A stretch of DNA of 64,000 nucleotides from an uncultured Methylophilaceae bacterium (GTDB lineage Bacteria > Pseudomonadota > Gammaproteobacteria > Burkholderiales > Methylophilaceae). Below are positions 47,261-56,364 of the stretch, in pieces. Position numbers and translations under genes: made by a program. Position 1 is the stretch's first letter. Each line of letters opens with the position of its first letter. The notes under the pieces were generated by a model. It was not told the origin of the DNA. It was given only the letters and a program-made list of their open reading frames with translations, and searched no databases. The stretch spans positions 20,914 through 84,913 of the forward strand of contig CAYXOR010000002.1 in the NCBI GenBank assembly GCA_964466895.1. Direction: 5' to 3'.

Positions 47261-48073
47261 ATGCAAGTGTTCTCTCATTATCAATTTGACACATATCATG
47301 AGAGGCGCGCAATGACAAAAACTAACAAAGCTTGGGAACAAGTGTTTAATGTAATTCAAAAATCATTTTCAATAGAAAAACATGTGGATTTTTTTAACTG
47401 GCTGCAGGGCAGTGTGAAAGAGGTGCTTCCACACGATATATTAGTGGCTGCTTGGGGTGATTTTGATGCGGGTGATTTAAATTTTGATGTCTCTTCAGAT
47501 ATTGACCAGATACGCACACAAAAACTTATCGATGCGCCAGGTGTTTTTTCATATTTAATGACTAACCTTCACCAGCGCTGGGTTGATAATGGCGAGAAAT
47601 GGTTCCGAATTAACTTTTTTGATGCTGCGGGCATTAATGCGCAATCACCTGACACTTTTACTAGCAAGCTCTCTGGTATGAATTCATTATTGGTTTACGG
47701 TGTGCGTGATACGCGAGGTAAAAATGATTGTATCTATGTTTTCTTTGATCAAGCGCGCGAGTTTAATGTGCAGCATTCAATATTAGGGCTTTTGATGCCG
47801 CATGTAGATGCAGCATTACGTCGTGTTGAGTATTTAGAGGCTGTAGACACAGAAGCCACATCAATTGAAGAGCTTAGTCTTGGTGGTTTAAGTGATCGTG
47901 AACATGAGATTTTGCATTGGGTGAAATCCGGTAAAACCAACTTTGAAATCGGTATGATTCTAGGTATTAGCCCTAATACAGTAAAAAACCACTTGAAAAG
48001 AATTTTCCAAAAATTAGATGTAACCTGTCGCGCACAGGCAGCGGCAAAGTACGCGCCTCGGAAATTAATATAA
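47261..48073 (+). CDS. epsA: LuxR-family transcriptional regulator, EpsA-like (PEP-CTERM/exopolysaccharide locus regulator)
   Basis: C-terminal LuxR HTH LSDREHEILHWVKSGKTNFEIGMILGISPNTVKNHLKRIFQKL. The N-terminal region FFNWLQGSVKEVLPHDILVAAWGDF resembles EpsA-type regulators. It sits at the head of an EPS export locus. Confidence 0.7.
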   Translation: MQVFSHYQFDTYHERRAMTKTNKAWEQVFNVIQKSFSIEKHVDFFNWLQGSVKEVLPHDILVAAWGDFDAGDLNFDVSSDIDQIRTQKLIDAPGVFSYLMTNLHQRWVDNGEKWFRINFFDAAGINAQSPDTFTSKLSGMNSLLVYGVRDTRGKNDCIYVFFDQAREFNVQHSILGLLMPHVDAALRRVEYLEAVDTEATSIEELSLGGLSDREHEILHWVKSGKTNFEIGMILGISPNTVKNHLKRIFQKLDVTCRAQAAAKYAPRKLI

Positions 48074-48076
48074 GAA

Positions 48077-49504
48077 ATGGTTATTAATACTAGTCCAAGG
48101 TCTGTACTACAGCGCAGAAGAGGTTTTGTGACATTGATACAGCCTTTGATCGATGGGTTGATTATTATCGGTGTGACATGGTTTTTCATACAACGCAATA
48201 TCGGCTACCTTACGCAAGACTACGTCATTTTAATGTTGATGTTGCTTGGTATAGTGTCTGTAATGTACGATCGTTTCGCCATTTATCGTACGAGCTTAAC
48301 TTACGTAAATAAAGTCCTCAGTATTTTTAATGCGTGGACAATTGCTTTTTTAGTGCTGATCCTATTGGGCTTTCTAACTAAGCAAAGTCAAGTTTACTCC
48401 CGCGTACTCGTTATGGAAATCTATTTGGTCGGTTTTTTCGTACAATGCTTTGCACACTATTTTGTTAGAGTGCTCAATAGAACAGTCAACAATCATTCTC
48501 AGTCGACCGATAATGTGGTGATAGTAGGAAGTGGACAATTAGCAAATTATCTTGAACAAAAAATATCTTCCAATCCTTGGTTACACCAACGTGTAATCGG
48601 TACTGTTTCGATTGAGGAGGAGGCAAATCAAGTTACAGCAAAAGAGTCACCGTCTGAAGGAACCATACAATTAGGTCAAGTATCTGAGCTGTCAAACTTA
48701 ATCACTACACATGATATCAATACAATTTATATCGTTACACCATTGGAATCGTCAAAAGTGTTAAAAGAGTTGTATTTTGATCTGCTTGATAAGCATGTTT
48801 CAATTCATTGGGTGCCTGATATTTTCTCATTAAGGTTAATTAATCATAGTGTCAGAGAAATTGCAGGCGTTCCTGTAATGACATTGTCTGAAACGCCATT
48901 GACTGGCATTAGTAAGATTAGTAAATCTATAGAAGATAGAGTGCTGGCTTTTTTAATTCTAATCTTAATCTTACCTATATTAATCGCAATCGCAATCGCG
49001 GTTAAGTTAGATAGCCAAGGGCCCGTGTTTTTTAGACAAAAAAGAACAGGCTGGAATGGTAAAGTGTTTAATATATGGAAATTTCGCAGTATGAAAACGG
49101 ATCAGCAGGAGCCTGGTGCCAAATCACTTAAACAGGCGCAGAAAAATGATCCTAGAATTACTAAGGTAGGTGCCTTTATACGTAAAACAAGTCTGGATGA
49201 ACTGCCCCAGTTGTTCAATGTATTAATAGGTGATATGTCTCTCGTTGGCCCTAGGCCACATGCGGTGCAGCACGATGCTGTCTATGCACAACGGATCACT
49301 GATTATTATGCACGTAATAACATTAAGCCAGGTATTACAGGTTTAGCGCAAATTAGGGGGTTTAGAGGTGAGACTAAAGATATGGACCAAATGACGAAAC
49401 GCATTCAATCTGATATTGAGTATATTCACAATTGGTCCATAGGGCTAGATTTGTCGATCTTAATCCGTACAGTGACAGCATTTACTGGGAAGGAAGCATA
49501 CTAG
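48077..49504 (+). CDS. Polyprenyl-phosphate hexose-1-phosphate transferase (large WbaP/WcaJ/EpsB-type PGT)
   Basis: N-terminal TM bundle and C-terminal catalytic domain [22 protein letters not shown]...[22 protein letters not shown]. Confidence 0.9.
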   Translation: MVINTSPRSVLQRRRGFVTLIQPLIDGLIIIGVTWFFIQRNIGYLTQDYVILMLMLLGIVSVMYDRFAIYRTSLTYVNKVLSIFNAWTIAFLVLILLGFLTKQSQVYSRVLVMEIYLVGFFVQCFAHYFVRVLNRTVNNHSQSTDNVVIVGSGQLANYLEQKISSNPWLHQRVIGTVSIEEEANQVTAKESPSEGTIQLGQVSELSNLITTHDINTIYIVTPLESSKVLKELYFDLLDKHVSIHWVPDIFSLRLINHSVREIAGVPVMTLSETPLTGISKISKSIEDRVLAFLILILILPILIAIAIAVKLDSQGPVFFRQKRTGWNGKVFNIWKFRSMKTDQQEPGAKSLKQAQKNDPRITKVGAFIRKTSLDELPQLFNVLIGDMSLVGPRPHAVQHDAVYAQRITDYYARNNIKPGITGLAQIRGFRGETKDMDQMTKRIQSDIEYIHNWSIGLDLSILIRTVTAFTGKEAY

Positions 49505-49568
49505 CTTTATGTCAGGTTGACCCTAACGGGCTATTGATGAAATGTGTAGAAACAATAAAATTGTCTAC

Positions 49569-49859
49569 ATGAATTTTATAAGTTTCTTAGACAAGTCAAC
49601 GACATGTTTAGCATTCGCGTTAATGATGCTATGTACCAGCTTTTGTTCACTAGCATTGGCTGATGCTAGTTTAAAGAAAAACAGCGAATGTGTTGCTCTT
49701 GCCACTTATACGAGTGAAAATACCCGAGTAAGTGTGACTAATGCTGGAACAGGCGATGCAGTTTGCACAAGGGCTGAAGTTTCCACACCTGCTGCAACAT
49801 GGTTGTTTGGTTGTGCTTTGATGGGTTTTGTTGGGTTGTCAAATAAGAGAAGAGCATAA
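49569..49859 (+). CDS. Small secreted protein with a PEP-CTERM/VPLPA-like C-terminal sorting tail
   Basis: Signal peptide ...SFCSLALA-DA. The C-terminus VSTPAATWLFGCALMGFVGLSNKRRA has a Pro-containing motif, a TM helix and a basic cluster. The track ORF starts at 49542; ATG 49569 gives a cleaner signal peptide. Confidence 0.6.
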   Translation: MNFISFLDKSTTCLAFALMMLCTSFCSLALADASLKKNSECVALATYTSENTRVSVTNAGTGDAVCTRAEVSTPAATWLFGCALMGFVGLSNKRRA

Positions 49860-49960
49860 TTGATGACATAAACTTTACTTGTATAACATTTACAATGTAC
49901 GGAGTATCATGTAAAGATATGTTAATGAGTACATAGCTAGAGAAATTTTTCTCTACAATA

Positions 49961-49981
49961 GAGGGCAATAAGCCCTTTTTT
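49961..49981 (+). terminator. Short rho-independent terminator-like hairpin (AGGGC-AATAA-GCCCT followed by T6)
   Basis: Read directly. It lies about 100 nt downstream of the PEP-CTERM-tail gene and 24 nt upstream of the Wza-like gene. An AGAGAAA/TTTCTCT hairpin precedes it at 49939-49954. Confidence 0.4.
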
Positions 49982-50004
49982 ATATTAATAGTTGGAGATT
50001 TTGC

Positions 50005-50559
50005 ATGACAAAAATTAATTTTTTATTTTCATTTTTATTGATGAGTGTTTTGTCGATTGGCACTGCATTTTCAGCTGGTGTATATAGGTTGCAAGAAGGT
50101 GACTCTTTAAATATTTCTGTGTGGGGTGAGGATACACTGCAACAAGAAGTACAGGTTTTGCCGGATGGCAGCATTACTTTTCCGCTGGCTGGTAGAGTGG
50201 ATGTAAATAATGCAACTGTAGCGGAAGTTGAAAGCCGTATAACAAAAAAATTAAAGAAATATCTACCAGACCCGCAAGTGACTGTAGTGATTTCGAAAAT
50301 TGAAGGTAATCGCATTTTTATTTTAGGGAAGGTATTAACGCCTGGACCGGTTTTGATGACAGGGCCGATGACGGTAATGCAAGCGCTTAGCTTAGCTGGT
50401 GGGCTAGGTAAATTCGCTGACTTAAGTGCAATTAAAGTTCTACGAAATGGCCCAAAAGGACAAATGGTTATACCCGTCAACTATAATAAATTGATTAGAG
50501 GTGAGAGCTTAAGCTCGAATGTATTGTTGAAAACTGGCGACACAATTTTAATTCCTTGA
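50005..50559 (+). CDS. Short polysaccharide export protein (Wza/Poly_export + SLBB, PEP-CTERM-locus type)
   Basis: Signal peptide, then GDSLNISVWGE...LPDGSITFPLAGRVDV (Poly_export motif). SLBB-like C-terminus GDTILIP; 184 aa. Confidence 0.85.
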   Translation: MTKINFLFSFLLMSVLSIGTAFSAGVYRLQEGDSLNISVWGEDTLQQEVQVLPDGSITFPLAGRVDVNNATVAEVESRITKKLKKYLPDPQVTVVISKIEGNRIFILGKVLTPGPVLMTGPMTVMQALSLAGGLGKFADLSAIKVLRNGPKGQMVIPVNYNKLIRGESLSSNVLLKTGDTILIP

Positions 50560-50638
50560 TTAAACACACCCATAAAGCTGTATAATTGCCCCTAAACTGG
50601 TGCAGATGGACTTTAAGAGTAAATGTAAGGGGATTATC

Positions 50639-51832
50639 ATGTGTTTAAACAATATAAAAATAGGTTTGTGGTCTGCTGTAATGCTTGCTATGTTAGCAAC
50701 GACAACAAATGTAAATGCTGAGTTAGTTTTCGATCATAGCGTGTCAGTTGAAGCTGGTGCAGCTTACCATTCCAATATTCAACTTTTGCAGCAGGATAAG
50801 GAGTCGGTGTATTTGTATACGCTTAGACCTGTATATGGCATTTCTGTTTTAGATGGTAAAAACGAGTGGTTAGGTAACGTTGGATTGTTTTTTGAAAGAT
50901 CTTCTAATTCTACGGTTAGTAGTAATCGTGAAGACCCATTTGGAAACATAGGGTGGAAACGGATATTAGAAAACGGTTTGATTGGCTTGGATTTCGCCTA
51001 TGAAAAGGCAAGTAGTCGCAATACACAATTTACTGAAACAGGTCTTTTTAGTCGGGATGGCACAGAAGTTAGAAGATCAATCACCGCGGATTGGGAACGA
51101 TTGATTACAGAAAAGCTTGATTTTGCTCTGCAAGCAAAGTATGAAAAAATAAAATTTAGCGGAGCCCAAAGTCTTGCTGATTATGATAGCCGGTATATTT
51201 ATGCTGATTTGTTTTATGCTATGACCGAAAAGATAAAGCCATTTTTTAGGTTTGGTCTTAATGACTTTAGGACTGCAGGTCCAGATGGCAATCGGATTAA
51301 ATATCAAGATTATATTGCTGGCGCAACTTTCGAAGTGGGTCCAGGACTTAGTTTTAGTGCGGGTGCAGGGGTTACACATTTTTCTTCCTTAGAAAGTTCA
51401 ACATCCAGAGATAAAAATGAGTGGGTAGGCGTGATGAAAGTAGATTATCTGGCAAATAAATACGACATTCATAGTGAGCTTTCTAGAAGAGTTGAGCCGA
51501 CGGCAATCGGTAATATTCTGGTGGAGGATAGGCTTGCAGCGGAGTATGTTTATAATTTATCTAGTAGGAGTGAATTAGGTGCGTATGCTAGGTTAACGCA
51601 AAATGACGTTAATCGTCATACTCAGGATGCAGGTGGTTTTTATAGGCATAATTTGACGGAATCTTGGTCTATATTAACGACATTAGGTGTTCGCAATTCA
51701 AAATCTGAAGGTTCTAGCTCTGTAAATGATAATGTTATTGGATTTAACCTTACATATAATTTTGACCCTTCCGAGCCGGAAATTATAGAAGATAGACCTC
51801 TCTCCAAGAATGAAATAAATATTAAGAATTAA
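50639..51832 (+). CDS. Putative outer-membrane beta-barrel protein associated with the EPS export module
   Basis: Signal peptide ending TTNVNA-E and alternating-hydrophobicity strands throughout. A terminal-strand-like GFNLTYNF is followed by a 23-aa acidic/basic tail. ATG 50639 with AAGGGG RBS is preferred over GTG 50600. Confidence 0.55.
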   Translation: MCLNNIKIGLWSAVMLAMLATTTNVNAELVFDHSVSVEAGAAYHSNIQLLQQDKESVYLYTLRPVYGISVLDGKNEWLGNVGLFFERSSNSTVSSNREDPFGNIGWKRILENGLIGLDFAYEKASSRNTQFTETGLFSRDGTEVRRSITADWERLITEKLDFALQAKYEKIKFSGAQSLADYDSRYIYADLFYAMTEKIKPFFRFGLNDFRTAGPDGNRIKYQDYIAGATFEVGPGLSFSAGAGVTHFSSLESSTSRDKNEWVGVMKVDYLANKYDIHSELSRRVEPTAIGNILVEDRLAAEYVYNLSSRSELGAYARLTQNDVNRHTQDAGGFYRHNLTESWSILTTLGVRNSKSEGSSSVNDNVIGFNLTYNFDPSEPEIIEDRPLSKNEINIKN

Positions 51833-51838
51833 ATAAAT

Positions 51839-53413
51839 ATGGAAATTGAACATGAATTAGCACTTGGCGATTATCTGTCTATCTTTAAGCGAAGGTGGTG
51901 GCAAATATTAGTCGTTTCTATATTGTCAACATTAGTCATTGTTGCTGTTGTGTTAGCGTTGCCGGAGGTTTACGAATCAGAAGGCACTATTGCAGTTGAG
52001 GCGCCAATTATTTCAAAGGATGTGATAGAGCAAATAAGCGCTTCTAATTATGTGGATGAGCGTATTGATAAAGTGACAGATAAGGTCTTGTCGAAAGAAA
52101 GTTTGGTTAGACTCAATCAAAAATACAGTTTGTATCCAAGTTTGACAGAGCCAAATGATATTGAAGAAATGATGCACAAGGCGATTTCAGTTACTAAAAA
52201 AAAGAAAAAGAAGTCAGGTAATGAATGGAGTAACGAGAAAGTGACGGTAGCTCTGGTTGTTAATGTTAAACATTCAAAACCCGAGATGGTTTATAAAGTG
52301 GCAAATGAGTTGGTCGCACTAATTTTGGGCGAGAATGTAAAAGCCAGACAAAAACGCGTAACAGAAACAACAGGTTTTCTTACTGATGAGCTAGATAGAA
52401 TGAAAGTTGATCTGGAGAAAGTTGAGAATAAAGTTGCGGACTATAAACAAAGGTATGCTAATTCACTACCTGAGCACCAAGAACTTCATATGAGTTCTTT
52501 AGATAGGCTCAGCGTAGATGTTAAAGTTCTTAATCGAGATTATAAAGATACCCAAGAAGAATTGAGGTACCTTGATGTTGAGTTAACGACGACAACCGCT
52601 GCACTAAAAAACACAGGTTCAGATGGAAAAGTCACCACCATTTCGGAACTGGATAAAGCAAAAGCAGAGCTCGATAGATCGCTTATTCTTTACAAAGAAA
52701 CACACCCTACAGTCCGTGCATTAAAAAGAAAAGTGTCTGTTTTAGAACAAGAAAACCAACTGCCAGAGAAACATAAACCCAAAAAAACGGACGTTGTTGC
52801 TGAGTTGGCCATTGCTAAAATTAGAACGCAAATTGAAGCAGCAAAAGTAAGGCTTAACTCAATTTCCGTGCAAAAACAATCAGCGCATTCAAAAATGAAC
52901 AGGCTGCAATCTCAAATAGTTAAAATACCCCAAGTAGAACGAGGGCTTTTTACTCTTTTACGTGACTATGAAAATGCAAAAAGCAAATATGAAGATGTGA
53001 AGGCGAAACAAATCAATGCAAAAATTGCTGAAAATTTAGAGTCTAAAAATAAAGCCGAACGTTTTATCCTAACTAAAAAACCTGAGATACCGAAATACCG
53101 CATTAGTCCTCATCGAACTAAAATGGTTGGCTTAGGTCTTTTTGTAGCACTTGGGTTGGGGTTAGCAATCGCAATGTTGATGGAAATGTTAGATAAAAGG
53201 GTTAGAGGGCAAGCCGTAATAAGCTCGATCATCAACATGAGGCCTCTAGCCGTTATACCCTATGTGCAAACACCGAGCGAGTTGCTCAAAGAAAAAAAAC
53301 TAATTAAATTTGCTCGGATATTTGGAATTATTTTACTGTTTTTGTTGGCGTTACTTGTATGTATTCATTTTTTTGTTACGCCAATAAACACATTGATTTC
53401 AGAATTTGTATAG
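51839..53413 (+). CDS. Polysaccharide chain-length determinant (Wzz/GumC/PCP family, PEP-CTERM-locus type)
   Basis: N-terminal Wzz motif YLSIFKRRWWQILVVSILSTLVIVAVV, a long coiled-coil periplasmic region and a second TM helix near the C-terminus. Confidence 0.85.
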   Translation: MEIEHELALGDYLSIFKRRWWQILVVSILSTLVIVAVVLALPEVYESEGTIAVEAPIISKDVIEQISASNYVDERIDKVTDKVLSKESLVRLNQKYSLYPSLTEPNDIEEMMHKAISVTKKKKKKSGNEWSNEKVTVALVVNVKHSKPEMVYKVANELVALILGENVKARQKRVTETTGFLTDELDRMKVDLEKVENKVADYKQRYANSLPEHQELHMSSLDRLSVDVKVLNRDYKDTQEELRYLDVELTTTTAALKNTGSDGKVTTISELDKAKAELDRSLILYKETHPTVRALKRKVSVLEQENQLPEKHKPKKTDVVAELAIAKIRTQIEAAKVRLNSISVQKQSAHSKMNRLQSQIVKIPQVERGLFTLLRDYENAKSKYEDVKAKQINAKIAENLESKNKAERFILTKKPEIPKYRISPHRTKMVGLGLFVALGLGLAIAMLMEMLDKRVRGQAVISSIINMRPLAVIPYVQTPSELLKEKKLIKFARIFGIILLFLLALLVCIHFFVTPINTLISEFV

Positions 53414-53422
53414 AGACTAATT

Positions 53423-54280
53423 ATGGAAAAAATTAAAGATGCACTGGCAAAGGCAAAGGTAGAAGAGGTAGCTAAACCTAATCGAGCTGAAAAAAATTCG
53501 CCAAAAAAGAAAGCCGTAGCTGAAAGTGGTGATGTTAAACGCACTTCAAACCCAGCTAAGGTAAGTGAAGATATAGGGCATATTCAGTATACTCCCAATT
53601 CCATCATCAAGTTAGATGCTAAACATTTAGAAGCAAATAGAGTTGTTTCTAATTTGTCCCATAATGCTAATGCGAGCATTTTTAACTCTCTTCGAACGCA
53701 AGTTCTGCATAAGATGGAAGAGAATAACTGGCAGACTATTGCTATCGTGTCGCCAACACCCGAATCAGGTAAAACATTTGTTTCAATCAACCTTGCGATG
53801 GCTATCGCACGCCAGCCACAAAAAACAGCATTGTTAGTAGATTTTGATTTACATAAGCCCAAAGTAGCTGATTATTTAGGGATTAATGTACAAAAATCGA
53901 TGAATGAATATTTTCAAGAAGAAGCTGAAATAGAAGAAGTTTTGGTTAACCCAGCTATTCAAGGTTTTACAGTGCTACCTACGATGCAAGCTATAGAAAG
54001 ATCAACAGAAATACTTTCTTCAAATAGAGTTAAAAATTTAATAAATAAATTAAAAAATCGTTATGAATCAAGAATAGTGGTTTTTGATTTGCCGCCATTA
54101 TTAAATGTAGATGATGCAATGGTTTTATTGCCGCACTTAGATTGCATTTTGTTAGTAATAGCAAACGGTGTATCTACGCAGCCTGAAATAGAAGAAACCA
54201 TGCATTTGCTACCAAGTGAAAAGCTGTTAGGTGTGGTTTATAACAAAGCTGAAGAAGAGAAAAAAACTTACTATTATTAA
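53423..54280 (+). CDS. BY-kinase (CpsD/CapB-type tyrosine autokinase) encoded as a separate polypeptide
   Basis: Walker A SPTPESGKTFVSINLA, Walker A' LLVDFDLHKP, Walker B VVFDLPP. The C-terminus ends in ...KKTYYY. Confidence 0.85.
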   Translation: MEKIKDALAKAKVEEVAKPNRAEKNSPKKKAVAESGDVKRTSNPAKVSEDIGHIQYTPNSIIKLDAKHLEANRVVSNLSHNANASIFNSLRTQVLHKMEENNWQTIAIVSPTPESGKTFVSINLAMAIARQPQKTALLVDFDLHKPKVADYLGINVQKSMNEYFQEEAEIEEVLVNPAIQGFTVLPTMQAIERSTEILSSNRVKNLINKLKNRYESRIVVFDLPPLLNVDDAMVLLPHLDCILLVIANGVSTQPEIEETMHLLPSEKLLGVVYNKAEEEKKTYYY

Positions 54281-54434
54281 CATATAGTAGTAATCTATCT
54301 TATTCCAATCGCTATCTCTACAGGATCAGACCAGCGAATGGCCGCCTTGTTGCCTTCCAATAGGGTCATTGTCCGTACTGGTGGAATTGACTATCATGTC
54401 TATGATTATTAAATAAAACTTAAGTGGAGTAATT

Positions 54435-55301
54435 ATGCCGCATCAGGAAACATTGCCAATAAATACAGAAGATAGCATCAGCTTAAAAATGGACGATGCA
54501 AAAGCTTTTGGCGAAAAATTAAGTGGTGACTATTGCTTTGCCGAACCTTTTCCACATATCGTCATTGATAACTTTTTACCTGAAAACCTGATTGAAAAAG
54601 TTTATAACAACTTTCCTTCAGAAAAGTTAGATAACGATGTGGTTTTTGAAATGGGCTACGCAGGCTTACATAAGAGGCAGGTGCTACCATCAGATTGTAA
54701 TGGGTTTTTAAGAGATTTTTTTGGTTTCTTTAATTCAAATGCAATAGTGACATTGTTAGAATCGTTAACGACAATTCCATCCCTTATCCCTGACCCTCAT
54801 TTTTCAGGAGGAGGTTTTCATGAGACGTCTAAAGGCGGAAAATTGGGCATTCATGCGGACTTTCGCGTCAATGATAAGTTGCATATAAATAGACGAATAA
54901 ACATGATTATTTATTTAAATAAAAATTGGAAAGAAGAGTATGGCGGGCAATTAGAATTGTGGGATAAGAAAATGAAAAGTAAGGTGCATAGTATCCTACC
55001 TGTCTTTAATCGTTGCGTAATTTTTAATACTGATGCCGATAGTTTTCACGGACATCCTGACCCATTGACTACACCAGATAATGTTACCCGTAAATCAATT
55101 GCGCTGTATTACTACACGGCTTCTAAACGTATCTATGAAGACTCTGTTGCACATGACACTATGTATAAATCTAGACCAAATGAAGATGGGGAAACAAAAA
55201 AACATGTGCGTAGACTGGTCTTAGATAATTATCTTGAAGACTGGATTCCCCCAGTTCTATTTAGGTTTTATAGCCGAGTCAGGCGGAAACTCGATATTTA
55301 A
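54435..55301 (+). CDS. 2OG-Fe(II) oxygenase superfamily protein
   Basis: GIHADFRVND (HxD) and a distal FHGHPDP His, with ...RKSIALYYY providing the 2OG-binding Arg/Lys region. AGTGGAG RBS. Confidence 0.7.
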   Translation: MPHQETLPINTEDSISLKMDDAKAFGEKLSGDYCFAEPFPHIVIDNFLPENLIEKVYNNFPSEKLDNDVVFEMGYAGLHKRQVLPSDCNGFLRDFFGFFNSNAIVTLLESLTTIPSLIPDPHFSGGGFHETSKGGKLGIHADFRVNDKLHINRRINMIIYLNKNWKEEYGGQLELWDKKMKSKVHSILPVFNRCVIFNTDADSFHGHPDPLTTPDNVTRKSIALYYYTASKRIYEDSVAHDTMYKSRPNEDGETKKHVRRLVLDNYLEDWIPPVLFRFYSRVRRKLDI

Positions 55302-55365
55302 TTGAGTGGCTGTGTCAAAAAAATCTGTACAAAATTTAAGTTAATACCTTTTAAGATTACATATT

Positions 55366-56364
55366 ATGCTTAAAAGTGCATCCGTAACTTCTATTATTAC
55401 TGTTAACTTCCGCACAGCAGATTTAACCATTAATAGCCTACACAGCTTGTCGAGTCAAATTAAGGTGTTAAATGGCGGAAAAGTCATTATTGTTGATAAT
55501 TTTTCAGAGGATGGCTCTGTAGAAAAGATACAGTCTGTCATTAATGCAGAAAACTGGACTTGGGCTCAAGTTTTACCTGCAACACGAAATGGCGGTTTTG
55601 CGTATGGCAATAATCTTGGTTTTAAGCATGCAATGTCACAGCAAAAATTAGATTATTTGATGTTGCTAAATCCAGATACTTTAGTCCGTAAAGACGCTCT
55701 TATTAACATTATTAGCTTTATGGATTTGCATTCCAACGTGGGCGTTGCTGGTAGTAGGTTAGAAAATTCTAATGGGGAGGTAGTATGCTCTGCGCATACT
55801 TTTCCTAGTCCAGTAAGCGAGTTATTGGATAGTGCACGTTTAAATGTTTTAACAAAACTGTTGTTACGGTATCAAGTAACACCGAAATTAAGGAATGAAG
55901 CACATCAAGCAGATTGGGTTTCAGGTTCCAGCATGATTATCAATGCCAAGGTATTTGAAGGTGTACAGTTTTTTGATGAAAACTTCTTTCTTTATTTCGA
56001 AGAGGTGGATTTTTTCCAAAGATTAGCAAAGACAAATTGGCAGGTATGGTATGTCCCTGAATCAATAGTGATGCATATTGAAGGGGCCGCAACTGGAATT
56101 AATAAAATTAAAAGACGTCCTACTTATTGGTTTTATTCTCGCCGCCGCTATTTCATTAAGCACTTTGGTGTTTTAGGCTTATTACTGGCTGATTTCTTTT
56201 GGGTTTTAGGTGTTGTTAGCTTTAAACTTAGGCGTGTCCTACATATTGCCACGCCAAGTAATCACGCTAAAATACCTTATTTGACTTTTGATATTCTCTG
56301 GGGTGACTTGAAAGCACTACTGTCTGGCGCAGCTTGGGCTTTAGGTCAAGAAAAAAATAAATGA
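55366..56364 (+). CDS. Glycosyltransferase family 2
   Basis: TSIITVNFRTADLTINSLHSL...VIIVDNFSEDGS; LNPDT; EEVDF. Confidence 0.85.
   Translation: MLKSASVTSIITVNFRTADLTINSLHSLSSQIKVLNGGKVIIVDNFSEDGSVEKIQSVINAENWTWAQVLPATRNGGFAYGNNLGFKHAMSQQKLDYLMLLNPDTLVRKDALINIISFMDLHSNVGVAGSRLENSNGEVVCSAHTFPSPVSELLDSARLNVLTKLLLRYQVTPKLRNEAHQADWVSGSSMIINAKVFEGVQFFDENFFLYFEEVDFFQRLAKTNWQVWYVPESIVMHIEGAATGINKIKRRPTYWFYSRRRYFIKHFGVLGLLLADFFWVLGVVSFKLRRVLHIATPSNHAKIPYLTFDILWGDLKALLSGAAWALGQEKNK

Noticed and set aside
48982-48999. Tandem hexamer AATCGC x3.
   Set aside because: It encodes IAIAIA within a transmembrane helix of the large PGT. It is too short and in-frame to be considered a functional repeat or contingency locus.
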